Of a DNA stretch of 64,000 nt, positions 38,695 through 49,076 are shown one piece after another. A program made the translations under genes and the position numbers. Source of the stretch: Candidatus Saccharimonadota bacterium (GTDB lineage: Bacteria; Patescibacteriota; Saccharimonadia; Saccharimonadales; AQU-01); NCBI GenBank assembly GCA_037137935.1, contig JBAXJI010000003.1:3383-67382 (forward strand), in the 5' to 3' direction. The notes beneath the pieces were generated by a model, which saw only the letters and a list, made by a program, of their open reading frames with translations, was not told the origin of the DNA and did not search any database. Positions within the stretch are counted from its first letter, which is position 1; every line of letters starts with the position of its first letter.

Positions 38695-39687
38695 ATGAAA
38701 AAAATATCTAAAGATCAATCCGGAGTAGTCAGTCACGTCATGGTTGCCTTAATAGCGGTAGTCGTAATCGGCGTAGTTACTATTGCTGGCGCTAGAGTAT
38801 ATCAAAAAATGTACGGTATCAATGCTCACGCTCTCGGCCCGATAGCCGCGCCGGCCCGTTTACCCAAGTCCGCACCCTTACCAAAACAATTAACTTGGGC
38901 TTTTTGTGGCGTTAGCCCCGATGATCCTAGCGCACAAACCGCCGCCAACAATATGCACTCAGTCGCTGGCATTGATGCAACCATGGGGCCGTGCCTACCA
39001 TATGATAACTACAATCCCGCTGATACCGGAACAAGATACGACACACCTCAGAACTATATGCGATTATTATATATAAATGCCAAGGCTGGCATGAAAACTA
39101 TTATCTACGATCAAAGGTTATGGGACGATAATCCATTCGTTCGTGCCGTCGCCTATAGTTATTGGAAACCAGTCTATGCCAGTATTGCGGCATGGGATAT
39201 GGGTGATGAGTTTGATCCGGCTACTGATCAATGGAAAACATTAGTCAGTCGTTGGAAAATTATGATAGACAATACCTTGCCTCAAACTGGAATAAAACCA
39301 TTCACAAACCATACGTGGATACATGATGGAATAGGTAAGGGATTGATTGACTTACCGTATAACAACTGGATGCTTTCATTTGACCAATATGACTACGATC
39401 AAGGCGTTACATTGGCTACCAAATACAATAATGAGCCAAACACAACTTTGATGTGTGCGGTAAACGCTCTTCAACAGCTAGGATTACCGACTGTAGCACC
39501 AACATATATTGTAAATACTATGATCAGACTAAGAACAGCAGGATGTGATGCTTTCTTAATTTTTGGTGGTCATATTCCATATGAAAAACCAGGCGTGACT
39601 GGTCCATTTGGCACATCATCGCTTGTAAATCCTAATGGAAGCGCAACTTCATGGGCAACGGCTGTTAAACAGGGTTCTCAGCCATAG
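38695..39687 (+). CDS. hypothetical membrane-anchored/secreted protein
   Basis: 330 aa. N-terminal TM helix VMVALIAVVVIGVVTIAG. W/Y/D-rich body (WDMGDEFDP) hints at a carbohydrate-active fold. No family assigned. Confidence 0.5.
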   Translation: MKKISKDQSGVVSHVMVALIAVVVIGVVTIAGARVYQKMYGINAHALGPIAAPARLPKSAPLPKQLTWAFCGVSPDDPSAQTAANNMHSVAGIDATMGPCLPYDNYNPADTGTRYDTPQNYMRLLYINAKAGMKTIIYDQRLWDDNPFVRAVAYSYWKPVYASIAAWDMGDEFDPATDQWKTLVSRWKIMIDNTLPQTGIKPFTNHTWIHDGIGKGLIDLPYNNWMLSFDQYDYDQGVTLATKYNNEPNTTLMCAVNALQQLGLPTVAPTYIVNTMIRLRTAGCDAFLIFGGHIPYEKPGVTGPFGTSSLVNPNGSATSWATAVKQGSQP

Positions 39688-39767
39688 CTAAAAAGTAAAT
39701 AGAACATTACGTGACTTAATTAGGTGTAAAGAGAGAATTAATGTCACATAAATGTTAAACTGACTGT

Positions 39768-41204
39768 ATGGCTGAGACATTATATTTCTACGATCTTGAG
39801 ACTAGTGGGTTTAATCCGCGCGAACAACGGATTATGCAGTTTGCAGGCCAGCGTACCGACCTTGATCTTAAACCTATAGGCGAGCCTCACAATATACTTA
39901 TTGCGCTAAGCGAAGACATTCTGCCAGATCCTGATGCTATATTAATTACCGGTATTACTCCCCAACAGACAATTGCCGAAGGAATCTCCGAAGCTGAGTT
40001 CTTGAAAATTTTTAATAGTGAAGTAGCACTGCCTGGTACGATATTTACTGGCTATAATACGATTAGATTTGATGATGAGTTTATGCGCTATAGTCATTAC
40101 CGTAACTTGTACGATCCTTACGAGTGGCAGTGGCGTGACGACAGAAGTAAATGGGATCTGCTCGATCTAGTTCGTATCACTAGAGCTCTGAGGCCTGAAG
40201 GTATTAAGTGGCCATTTGATGATGACGGTAAGCCGTCTAACCGTCTTGGCATGCTAACAAGTATTAATGAACTTGAGCACGAAAACGCACACGATGCACT
40301 GAGTGACGTAAGGGCATCCATCGATTTAGCAAGATTGATTCACGCTAAGCAACCTAAACTTTTTAAATATTCATTGGCTAATCGTAGTAAGCAAAAAGTA
40401 GCCGAATTGGTGCTGGCGGGCAAACCTTTTGTCTATACATCTGGCAAGTTTGATACTGAATACGAAAAAACCGCTGTAGTTAGCGTTGTCGCAAAAGGCG
40501 ATGACAGGCAAGGTGTAGTAGTCTTTGATTTGCGTTTTGACCCCAACGACTATAAGGATATGTCGGTCGAAGAATTAGCCGAGGCGATGCGTTGGCATAA
40601 ACCGGGCGAAAAGATCGCTTCGATACCAGTTAAGACGATTAAGTTCAATCGCTGTCCAGCCGTTGCACCAATTAGTGTGCTCAATACAGAGGTAACTAGC
40701 AGGCTTAAAATAGACATGAGCCAAGTTGCAGCCCATCAAGAAGCGCTAGCAAAGTTGCCGGATTTTGCTAACAATATACTTAAGGCAGTGGCGTTATTAG
40801 ATAAACAGCAACAGACAAGTCAATCAACCGAAGAGAGAACAGTCGATGCACAGATGTATGATGGATTTATGGGAGATAGCGACAAGCGGCTGATGGCTAA
40901 ACTTAGGACTGTTAATCCGAGTGAGTTTAATGATTATCTTGATGATATTCAGGACAAACGACTAAAAAATCTCTTGCCATTATATAAAGCTCGTAATTAT
41001 CTTAAGAATTTGACTAGTGACGAGCGCCAAGTATGGGATGAGTTTAAGAATGCAAGATTATTTTCTGGTGACAATGATAGTCGTATGGCCAAATTCATGA
41101 AACGTATAGAAGTGCTCAGAGCTTTGCCCGCCACAAACGACCAACAACAATATCTTTTAACTGAGTTGGAACTTTACGGTCAAAGTTTGCTTCCTAGCTC
41201 CTAG
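39768..41204 (+). CDS. sbcB: exodeoxyribonuclease I
   Basis: DEDDh motifs FYDLETSGFNP (ExoI), GYNTIRFDDEF (ExoII), HDALSDV (ExoIII). 478 aa, matching ExoI length and its C-terminal domains. Confidence 0.85.
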   Translation: MAETLYFYDLETSGFNPREQRIMQFAGQRTDLDLKPIGEPHNILIALSEDILPDPDAILITGITPQQTIAEGISEAEFLKIFNSEVALPGTIFTGYNTIRFDDEFMRYSHYRNLYDPYEWQWRDDRSKWDLLDLVRITRALRPEGIKWPFDDDGKPSNRLGMLTSINELEHENAHDALSDVRASIDLARLIHAKQPKLFKYSLANRSKQKVAELVLAGKPFVYTSGKFDTEYEKTAVVSVVAKGDDRQGVVVFDLRFDPNDYKDMSVEELAEAMRWHKPGEKIASIPVKTIKFNRCPAVAPISVLNTEVTSRLKIDMSQVAAHQEALAKLPDFANNILKAVALLDKQQQTSQSTEERTVDAQMYDGFMGDSDKRLMAKLRTVNPSEFNDYLDDIQDKRLKNLLPLYKARNYLKNLTSDERQVWDEFKNARLFSGDNDSRMAKFMKRIEVLRALPATNDQQQYLLTELELYGQSLLPSS

Positions 41205-41359
41205 ATTTTTAGCGACTAAAGTCCGCAACAATATGTTATTTGCATAAGCAGCAACAAATTGTATAATCACAAAAATACAACGCTCAATATATTGCAGGAT
41301 GTGATAACCTAAATAAATTACAAAGCCTAAAAACACATAATGTGAATTAGTAAAAATCT

Positions 41360-42013
41360 ATGGGTAGACCAGAATATAACCAAAGGGCAGATTTGCCAGC
41401 AAATAGAGAATTGCGAAGAGCTTTGTCTGCGCATCGACCAAAGTCATTCGGTATTAGAAGATTATTGGAGGACCAGGACAATATCGGCCTTACGGCTGTT
41501 TGGGACGGCCTGCAATCTGCTAAAGATATTCCGGACACTCTTGAGCCAAGGTTAGAAAAAGGCGTAACATTACTGCCAAAAAGAGTTCTGGGCGCACAAC
41601 TAACAAGGGGTCTAGTTATAGGCCATCGTCTTGGACAGGCTCATACCGAATTTGAGCGTGACCAGAAGCTAAATACAATTAGAGAGCCATTAGTTGTTGA
41701 ATTAGGTAGAACTGCAATATTACGTCGTAAAACTGTCTATGTGCCAGTTATCAGTGAGGAGTTAGAGATTGAACGCGAACGGCTGTTTCATATTCTAGAA
41801 AAAGCCGGATTTAAGGGTGCACACAAAAGTTTGAGCAAGCCACTGCATATAACTTTGGGTGAGGCTAGTAAGCCAATATCTCTAACAGAAGAACGCCACG
41901 TTAGACATTCTATCGATGACACTCTTGGTGACAATCAGTTCGTTCAGTTGCAGGAATGGGAAACTTATCCTTCTGTTGACCAGCTAGACGGCATAAATCC
42001 TGACGATTTTTAG
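41360..42013 (+). CDS. hypothetical protein
   Basis: 217-aa ORF. A single HITL motif (PLHITLGEA) is reminiscent of 2H phosphoesterases, but I could not find a convincing second H-x-T/S motif. Confidence 0.45.
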   Translation: MGRPEYNQRADLPANRELRRALSAHRPKSFGIRRLLEDQDNIGLTAVWDGLQSAKDIPDTLEPRLEKGVTLLPKRVLGAQLTRGLVIGHRLGQAHTEFERDQKLNTIREPLVVELGRTAILRRKTVYVPVISEELEIERERLFHILEKAGFKGAHKSLSKPLHITLGEASKPISLTEERHVRHSIDDTLGDNQFVQLQEWETYPSVDQLDGINPDDF

Positions 42014-42073
42014 TATTCTTTTCGCCCTAGGTACTAGAAAAATTGTTCATTTTCTGCTAAACTAGTTCGACTT

Positions 42074-44887
42074 ATGAGCGATTTTATTACAGTTAAAGGA
42101 GCCCGAGAACACAACCTCAAGAATATTGACGTCTCTATTCCGCGGGGTAAGTTAGTCGTAATTACTGGATTATCTGGTTCTGGCAAATCGTCGCTAGCAT
42201 TTGACACTATTTATGCCGAAGGTCAGCGTCGCTATGTAGAATCACTTAGTTCTTATGCGCGTCAATTTTTGGGGCTGATGGAAAAGCCTGATGTTGATCA
42301 AATTGACGGATTGAGTCCTGCTATCAGCATCGACCAAAAATCAACAAGTCGAAACCCTAGATCAACAGTAGCTACAGTTACAGAAATTTATGATTACCTG
42401 AGGTTGCTTTTTGCACGTGTTGGCATACCTCATTGTCCTACTTGTGGCAAGCCAGTTGAAAGGCAAACATCTACAGCAATTGTTGATCAAATTGCTGGAC
42501 TTAATGTTGACGCAAGATTAATGATATTGGCGCCAGTAGTAGCCGACAAAAAAGGTGCCTTTGAACATATTCCAGAGCAATACATGCGTGCAGGATTCGC
42601 TCGAGCCAGAGTTGATGGCGTTGTATATTCGCTAGATGAATTCCCAGAACTTGATAAAAGTTATAAGCACACTATTGAGATAGTTATTGATCGATTAGTT
42701 AATAACGCAGATAGCAAGAATCGTTTAGTTCAGAGCGTAGAGCAGGCTTTGGAAATAGCTGACGGTAAGGTTAAAGTTATGGATGCCGATTCTAGCGACG
42801 AGCATATCTATAGTTTGATGTACGCCTGCATAGACCACCCTGCAATTGCAATTCCTGAATTAGAACCACGAACATTTAGTTTTAATAGCCCACACGGTGC
42901 CTGTGCAGTTTGTACCGGTCTTGGATCACGAATGGAAGTTGACCCAGAGCTAGTCATGCCAAACGGTCGACTTACAATTGCCGAAGGCGCTATTCGTCCA
43001 TTTAATCGTATAAATACTGATGCTTGGTATACCAAAAAACTACAAGCGCTAGCCGACAGTTATGGTTTTAGTTTACATGTTCCAACTAGCGAGATTTCTG
43101 CAGCCAATATCGAGAAGATCATGTATGGTACGGGTGATCAAAAATATAAAATTGCGCTAGCACCGGGTCGTAATTTTGAGACTACTTATGAAGGCGTCGT
43201 GCCAAACTTAGAGCGACGTCATAAAGACACAGAGAGCGACTTTATGCGCCGTGATATTGAGCGATTTATGCAAGAGCGTCCATGTCATGCTTGTGATGGA
43301 TTACGACTTAAGCCAGAAATTTTGGCAGTAACTGTGGCTTCCATGTCTATTATGGATATTTGTAATTTGTCTATTGATGATGCAGTTAAGTTCTTTAAAG
43401 ATATTAAATTAAATGCAAAAGACACACAGATATCGGTTCAGATTCTAAAAGAAATATTGGCGCGTCTAACGTTTTTGCAAGACGTTGGGCTAAATTATCT
43501 TAACTTGCTGCGCAGTGCAGTTACGCTATCGGGTGGCGAAGCTCAGCGTATCCGGTTAGCTACTCAGATTGGGTCTGGCTTGATGGGTGTGCTTTATGTA
43601 CTTGATGAGCCGTCCATTGGACTGCATCAGCGAGATAACTCACGCTTGATAAATACATTGAAGCACCTGCGTGATATTGGTAACAGTGTAATTGTAGTCG
43701 AGCACGACGAGGATACTATTCGCACTGCAGACTATCTGCTAGATATTGGTCCAGGTGCAGGTATTCATGGCGGACATGTTGTCGCCAGCGGCTCACCCGA
43801 AGAAGTTGCAAATAATCCCAAAAGTATCACTGGTCAATATTTGAGAGGCGTTAAAAAAATAGCAGTTCCAAAACGCCGTCGAAAAGGTAACGGTAAGAGC
43901 CTTGATATTAAAGGTGCACGCGAAAATAATCTAAAAAATATTGATGTTACGATTCCACTCGGTCAGTTAGTTGTAGTTAGTGGTGTTTCTGGTTCTGGAA
44001 AGTCTAGTCTAATTAACGATATTTTAGCAAAAGAATTATCAGCTCGATTGATGCGTACTAGCAGTGTGCCAGGACGACACGACAACATCGAAGGCATAGA
44101 ACATTTAGATAAAGTTATAATAATCGACCAATCACCTATTGGTAGAACACCTCGTTCAAACCCAGCAACCTACACAGGATTATTCACGCCTATTCGTGAG
44201 CTTTTTGCCTCAACTCCAGAAGCTAAATTACGTGGATATAGCGCCGGTCGTTTTAGTTTTAATGTTCGTGGTGGTCGTTGCGAGAATTGTTCTGGCGATG
44301 GAATTATCAAAATTGAAATGCACTTTTTGCCAGATGTTTACGTGCCGTGTGAAGTATGTAAAGGGAAGCGGTACAACCGCGAAGCTTTGGAAATACACTT
44401 CAAAGGCAAATCGATAAGCGATATTCTTGAAATGAACTGCGAAGAAGCTTTAGAATTTTTTGCAAATATTCCTTCAATTGCGCGTAAACTTCAGACTATG
44501 GTAGAGGTTGGCCTGGGCTATATTGCTCTCGGGCAGCCGGCTACAACACTGTCGGGCGGTGAAGCGCAGAGAATCAAATTAGCAACGGAACTTTCACGAA
44601 GACCAACAGGTAGAACTCTTTATATCCTAGACGAGCCAACCACTGGATTGCACATGGCAGACGTAGATAAGTTGCTAGGTGTGTTGCACGCGCTAGTAGA
44701 TACTGGCAATAGCATGATTGTTATCGAGCACAACCTAGATGTCATAAAGTCAGCGGATCATATTATCGACATGGGGCCTGAGGGTGGAGCCGGTGGTGGT
44801 ATTATTATTGCTCAAGGCACGCCTGAACACATAGCTAAGGTTAAAGCCTCATACACTGGCCATTATCTAAAAGAGCATTTAGCTTAG
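42074..44887 (+). CDS. uvrA: excinuclease ABC subunit A
   Basis: 937 aa. Two ABC modules ([18 protein letters not shown]; LSGGEAQR twice). Zinc modules CPTCGK and CENCSGDG...CEVCKG. Confidence 0.95.
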   Translation: MSDFITVKGAREHNLKNIDVSIPRGKLVVITGLSGSGKSSLAFDTIYAEGQRRYVESLSSYARQFLGLMEKPDVDQIDGLSPAISIDQKSTSRNPRSTVATVTEIYDYLRLLFARVGIPHCPTCGKPVERQTSTAIVDQIAGLNVDARLMILAPVVADKKGAFEHIPEQYMRAGFARARVDGVVYSLDEFPELDKSYKHTIEIVIDRLVNNADSKNRLVQSVEQALEIADGKVKVMDADSSDEHIYSLMYACIDHPAIAIPELEPRTFSFNSPHGACAVCTGLGSRMEVDPELVMPNGRLTIAEGAIRPFNRINTDAWYTKKLQALADSYGFSLHVPTSEISAANIEKIMYGTGDQKYKIALAPGRNFETTYEGVVPNLERRHKDTESDFMRRDIERFMQERPCHACDGLRLKPEILAVTVASMSIMDICNLSIDDAVKFFKDIKLNAKDTQISVQILKEILARLTFLQDVGLNYLNLLRSAVTLSGGEAQRIRLATQIGSGLMGVLYVLDEPSIGLHQRDNSRLINTLKHLRDIGNSVIVVEHDEDTIRTADYLLDIGPGAGIHGGHVVASGSPEEVANNPKSITGQYLRGVKKIAVPKRRRKGNGKSLDIKGARENNLKNIDVTIPLGQLVVVSGVSGSGKSSLINDILAKELSARLMRTSSVPGRHDNIEGIEHLDKVIIIDQSPIGRTPRSNPATYTGLFTPIRELFASTPEAKLRGYSAGRFSFNVRGGRCENCSGDGIIKIEMHFLPDVYVPCEVCKGKRYNREALEIHFKGKSISDILEMNCEEALEFFANIPSIARKLQTMVEVGLGYIALGQPATTLSGGEAQRIKLATELSRRPTGRTLYILDEPTTGLHMADVDKLLGVLHALVDTGNSMIVIEHNLDVIKSADHIIDMGPEGGAGGGIIIAQGTPEHIAKVKASYTGHYLKEHLA

Positions 44888-45498
44888 TCTTGTTTTTTGC
44901 TAAGTAGTTTACGGGTTATTAGTTCTTTGCCAACGTGATAAATTGTTGGTCCCATTGTAAATACTGTAGCAAAGATGACCGCAGGTATTATGTATTTATC
45001 GATATTAGGAACTCTATTACCAAGCCAGACGCCGAGTAGGATTATTGTAAGACACCACATAAATGCACCAATTATATTGTAGGTCAAAAATTTTATACGA
45101 GACATTTTGCCAACACCTGCAACTACCGACGAAAAAGTTCTGACTATCGGTACAAAACGAGCCAGGACTATAGTTTTACCGCCGTGTTTTTCGTAAAAAT
45201 CAGAAGCTCTCGTGATGTATTCCTCACGGAATAGTAAGCCGTCTTTTTTGCGAAAGATCTTTTTGCCAGTTCGTGATCCTATTTCGTAACCAACTTCATT
45301 GCCGAGAATTGCAGAGAGTATAACTACGATTAAAAGCAATGGAAGTGGTAGTTTTCCTTGAGCAACAAAGAACCCAGCGGCGAATAGTAAAGTGTCGCCT
45401 GGCAAGAAGAAGCCGAGTAATAGACCAGTTTCAGCAAAGATTATTAAGCCTATTAATAATATGCCGCCGCTTTCAATTATGTGTTGTACTTCAAACAT
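44884..45498 (-). CDS. DedA family membrane protein
   Basis: 204 aa. Motifs [15 protein letters not shown] and [11 protein letters not shown], with multiple TM helices. Confidence 0.85.
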   Translation of the reverse strand: MFEVQHIIESGGILLIGLIIFAETGLLLGFFLPGDTLLFAAGFFVAQGKLPLPLLLIVVILSAILGNEVGYEIGSRTGKKIFRKKDGLLFREEYITRASDFYEKHGGKTIVLARFVPIVRTFSSVVAGVGKMSRIKFLTYNIIGAFMWCLTIILLGVWLGNRVPNIDKYIIPAVIFATVFTMGPTIYHVGKELITRKLLSKKQD

Positions 45499-45577
45499 TT
45501 ATACTAATTCTATCACATACCCCTTATCAGAGCAGACATTTTAGTGTATACTGTTACGAAAGTGTTAAGGAGTTAAT

Positions 45578-46231
45578 GTGAGCGGACAAGATATTTCGTT
45601 ATTAGTTGCAGAGCGAACCGTAGAAGGTAAAGCCGTAAAAGGCCTAAGAAAGACAGGTATTATTCCTGCAGTTATTCATGACCACGGTCAAGAATCTAAA
45701 ATTATTCAGGCACCTTATTCTGATATTTGGAAGGCCTACCAGCAAGCTGGCAAGCACCACCCAGTAACATTGAGCTTGGGTTCTAAAAAAATCATGACAA
45801 TTATTAAAGATATTGATATTGACCCAAAAAAGCATGAACTACGACACGTCGTTTTCAACGCAATCAAAATGGACGAAAAAGTTGAGACAGAAGTACCTGT
45901 GCATTTAGTTGGAGAAATTCCAGCCGAAAGAGCCAGCCTATTAGTTATTCGTCAGCTTGACCACGTTGTTATTGAAGCGTTACCTAAAGATTTGATCGAC
46001 TCACTTGAAGTAGATGCTAGCAAGCTAGTAGAAATCGGCGACAAGATCTTTGTAAGCGACATAGTTGTCCCAGCCGGCGTAACTATCTTAACCGAAGCTG
46101 AACACCCTATTGCTACTGTAGAAGAAAGCAAGGCTCAGATGTCAGAAGAAGCAGCTGAAGAAGCTAGCGAAGAATCTGCTGAAGTTCCTTCTGACCACGG
46201 TTCTGCTGAACCAGCAACTCCAACAGAATAA
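45578..46231 (+). CDS. rplY: 50S ribosomal protein L25/Ctc form
   Basis: GTG start. N-terminal L25 fold (ERTVEGKAVKGLRKTGIIPAVIH), a Ctc-type central domain and an acidic tail. Confidence 0.85.
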   Translation: MSGQDISLLVAERTVEGKAVKGLRKTGIIPAVIHDHGQESKIIQAPYSDIWKAYQQAGKHHPVTLSLGSKKIMTIIKDIDIDPKKHELRHVVFNAIKMDEKVETEVPVHLVGEIPAERASLLVIRQLDHVVIEALPKDLIDSLEVDASKLVEIGDKIFVSDIVVPAGVTILTEAEHPIATVEESKAQMSEEAAEEASEESAEVPSDHGSAEPATPTE

Positions 46232-46238
46232 TTAACTC

Positions 46239-48017
46239 TTATTCTTGTATGAATCCACCACTTTGGTGAGACCAAAGTTTGGCGTATAGACCATTCTTTG
46301 CGATAAGATTTTTGTGGGACCCTTCCTCAACTATCTTGCCGTCATCCAGCACAATGATGCGATCCATTTTTTGTATCGTACTTAATCGGTGGGCAATAAC
46401 TACAGTAGTTTTACCCTCCATTAATTTCCACAAAGCATCTTGAATCAATACTTCACTTTCGCTGTCTAGGGCGCTAGTAGCTTCATCCAATATAAGAATA
46501 GGTGCGTCCTTAATGAATGCTCGAGCAATAGCGATGCGCTGTTTCTGGCCGCCACTGAGTTTGATCCCTCGCTCACCAACCAAGGTCATATATCCGTTAG
46601 ACAATTTAGCTATGAATTCGTCAGCATGTGCCTTGCGTGCGGCGATGTCTATCATTTCCTGGCTTACATTGTCAGTTCCGTAACTAATGTTTTCTGTTAG
46701 AGTTCTATGAAATAATAGCGGCTCCTGAGGCACGTAACTAATAGAGCGCCGCAAATCAGCTTGAGGCATGTCGGTTATATTGCGACCATCTATTTCTATG
46801 CTTCCAGACTGGATGTCCATAAAGCGTAGCAATAATTTTGTAATACTTGTCTTGCCGCCACCACTTGGACCGACTAGGCCGATTTTTTCTCCAGCTTTAA
46901 TATTTAGTGTGAAATCTTTGAACAGGCTATGATCGATATTAGTTTCCGGGTACCAGAAAGTCATTTTGTTAATAGACAGTTCACCGTTTGTGGCTTTGAA
47001 TGGCTTGACGCCTGGCTTGTCAGATATTTCTGGTTTTAGTTGGAGTATTTCGGACATATCGGAAGAGTCACCAAAAACGCGTGTGAAATTTCGAAAGTTT
47101 CCACCAAGATCCCATAATCTTTTTAATATGGAAGTAGTGTAGTTTAGCGAAAGATAAATTATACCTATTTGTATTTTGCCTTGCACGGCTAGACTAGCAG
47201 ACAATACTAGCACTATCACATTAATGCTGCGCTGAATTGAGCCTGTGACTAATTCGTGGTTCATATTTATAGTCATAGTTTCAGTAGATCGCTGGTGAAC
47301 TTCGTTAGATCTTTGACTCATTCTTTGTCGTTCAAAGTTTTCGCTAGCAAATGATTTGATGGCTAAGATATTCGTAAAACTATCGGCTAATTGACCGGTA
47401 CGTTTGGTCTCTGCTTCAGCCCAGCGACGATTGTACGGAACTTGTCGACGACGGTACAGCCATACAATTGGTGTATATATAGCACTGATGACTAGGATTG
47501 CTATTGCGACTTGAGGTACGCGGGGCAGAAGTATTACAGTCGTAAATGTCAAAGACACAAGAAGCTTGAACACGTTCCAAGTTAATGGGTCAGTCAGTCT
47601 CTCAAAAGAACCAATGAACTTATTGCTCTGGCTAACAAGAGAACCAGCAAATCTGTCAGAATAGAAACGGTAGCTCATGTTGGTGAGGTGATTAAATACT
47701 GTAGTGTTGAGGTCGCGCATAATAGCATCTTGGGTGCGCCAAAATCGTCTAACTACTTGGTTCCACATAAGTAATGCAAATAACTCCAAGCCAATAATTA
47801 TTAATAAAGTAGGCATGAGCTTGGCTATGGTTAATTCGGCGGTATGGCCTTGGGCTAATTTTGTTAGGATGCCACTAATAAGCAATGGCGACAGCATGTC
47901 TTCTGCTAGCTGAGCAAGAACCATGCTTGGATATATAATCGCCATGTCGCGTTTATATTTACGGGCGTGTTGCCAGTAGATATGCAGAGTGTTACGATTT
48001 GTTGACATTTTTTTCAT
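46239..48017 (-). CDS. ABC transporter, fused permease/ATP-binding (MsbA/multidrug exporter type)
   Basis: 592 aa. An N-terminal 6-TM domain, then Walker A GPSGGGKTS, signature LSGGQKQR and Walker B ILILDEATSALD. Confidence 0.9.
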   Translation of the reverse strand: MKKMSTNRNTLHIYWQHARKYKRDMAIIYPSMVLAQLAEDMLSPLLISGILTKLAQGHTAELTIAKLMPTLLIIIGLELFALLMWNQVVRRFWRTQDAIMRDLNTTVFNHLTNMSYRFYSDRFAGSLVSQSNKFIGSFERLTDPLTWNVFKLLVSLTFTTVILLPRVPQVAIAILVISAIYTPIVWLYRRRQVPYNRRWAEAETKRTGQLADSFTNILAIKSFASENFERQRMSQRSNEVHQRSTETMTINMNHELVTGSIQRSINVIVLVLSASLAVQGKIQIGIIYLSLNYTTSILKRLWDLGGNFRNFTRVFGDSSDMSEILQLKPEISDKPGVKPFKATNGELSINKMTFWYPETNIDHSLFKDFTLNIKAGEKIGLVGPSGGGKTSITKLLLRFMDIQSGSIEIDGRNITDMPQADLRRSISYVPQEPLLFHRTLTENISYGTDNVSQEMIDIAARKAHADEFIAKLSNGYMTLVGERGIKLSGGQKQRIAIARAFIKDAPILILDEATSALDSESEVLIQDALWKLMEGKTTVVIAHRLSTIQKMDRIIVLDDGKIVEEGSHKNLIAKNGLYAKLWSHQSGGFIQE

Positions 48018-48224
48018 AGCTTACCGCTCCCTTTGGGCGGCTGCTTAATATATAGGTATTTGCGTAAGTTTTTAGTTTTTTGGCTTAGAGCCCGCAAGAA
48101 TGAGGACGCATAGGTGATTGTGATCTGTACATTTTTTTGCGTCCTTTCCTTTACGTAATAGTAGTGCTTATTATACACCACCTGTCAACAGATAGCCATA
48201 ATCTGTTATAATAGAGCTATAATT

Positions 48225-49076
48225 ATGGAAAAAATCATACTATATTATATCTTTGTGCCGATTGCCGATCCGACGACTGTTATGTTCTGGCAAAAAGCTT
48301 TATGTGAAAAGTTGGGCCTTAAAGGTCGGATTCTAATTAGTGGCAAGGGAATTAACGGTACATTGGGCGGTAATCTTAAGTCACTAAAGGCCTATAGAAA
48401 AATCATGAACGAACATCCATTGTTTTCTAAAATTGTCTATAAATGGAGCGACGGCAAGGCAGATGACTTTCCGAAACTAAGTATTAAAGTAAAATCCGAA
48501 ACTGTGACGCTAGGTTGGGAACCAAATGTAACAACCGATGGCGTGATTGGTGGCGGTAAACACTTAAAGCCTGAGCAAGTACATGAACTTGTAAAAGATT
48601 TTGGTGACGATGTAGTATTTTTTGATGGTCGTAATAAATATGAAGCACAGATAGGTAAGTTTAAGAACGCTGTCGTCCCTGATGTCAATTCATTCAAAGA
48701 ATATATTGCTGAACTCGATAAGCCAGAATACGACGAAATTAAGAAAAAGAAGGTTGTGACTTATTGTACTGGCGGTATACGCTGCGAAACACTATCTGCA
48801 CTAATGATCGAAAAAGGCTTTGAGGACGTTTATCAAATTGATGGCGGTATTGTTAAGTACGGCGAAAAATTTGCCGATGAAGGCTATTGGGAAGGCAAAT
48901 TATTTGTTTTTGATAAACGCATGAAACTTGCATTTAGTGATAAGTCTAAGGACATTGCAGTCTGCGAAGTTTGCGGGATTAATACCAGTCATCAAGTTAA
49001 TAGTACGAATATTCGTCGACGCCTTCATATCGTTTGCGAAAATTGTACATCCGAAAACTTAGTTTTTGCGGAGTAA
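48225..49076 (+). CDS. trhO: rhodanese-domain protein, UPF0176/TrhO (tRNA U34 hydroxylase) family
   Basis: N-terminal UPF0176-type domain. Rhodanese active-site loop YCTGGIRCE. C-terminal Cys cluster CEVCG...CENC. Confidence 0.8.
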   Translation: MEKIILYYIFVPIADPTTVMFWQKALCEKLGLKGRILISGKGINGTLGGNLKSLKAYRKIMNEHPLFSKIVYKWSDGKADDFPKLSIKVKSETVTLGWEPNVTTDGVIGGGKHLKPEQVHELVKDFGDDVVFFDGRNKYEAQIGKFKNAVVPDVNSFKEYIAELDKPEYDEIKKKKVVTYCTGGIRCETLSALMIEKGFEDVYQIDGGIVKYGEKFADEGYWEGKLFVFDKRMKLAFSDKSKDIAVCEVCGINTSHQVNSTNIRRRLHIVCENCTSENLVFAE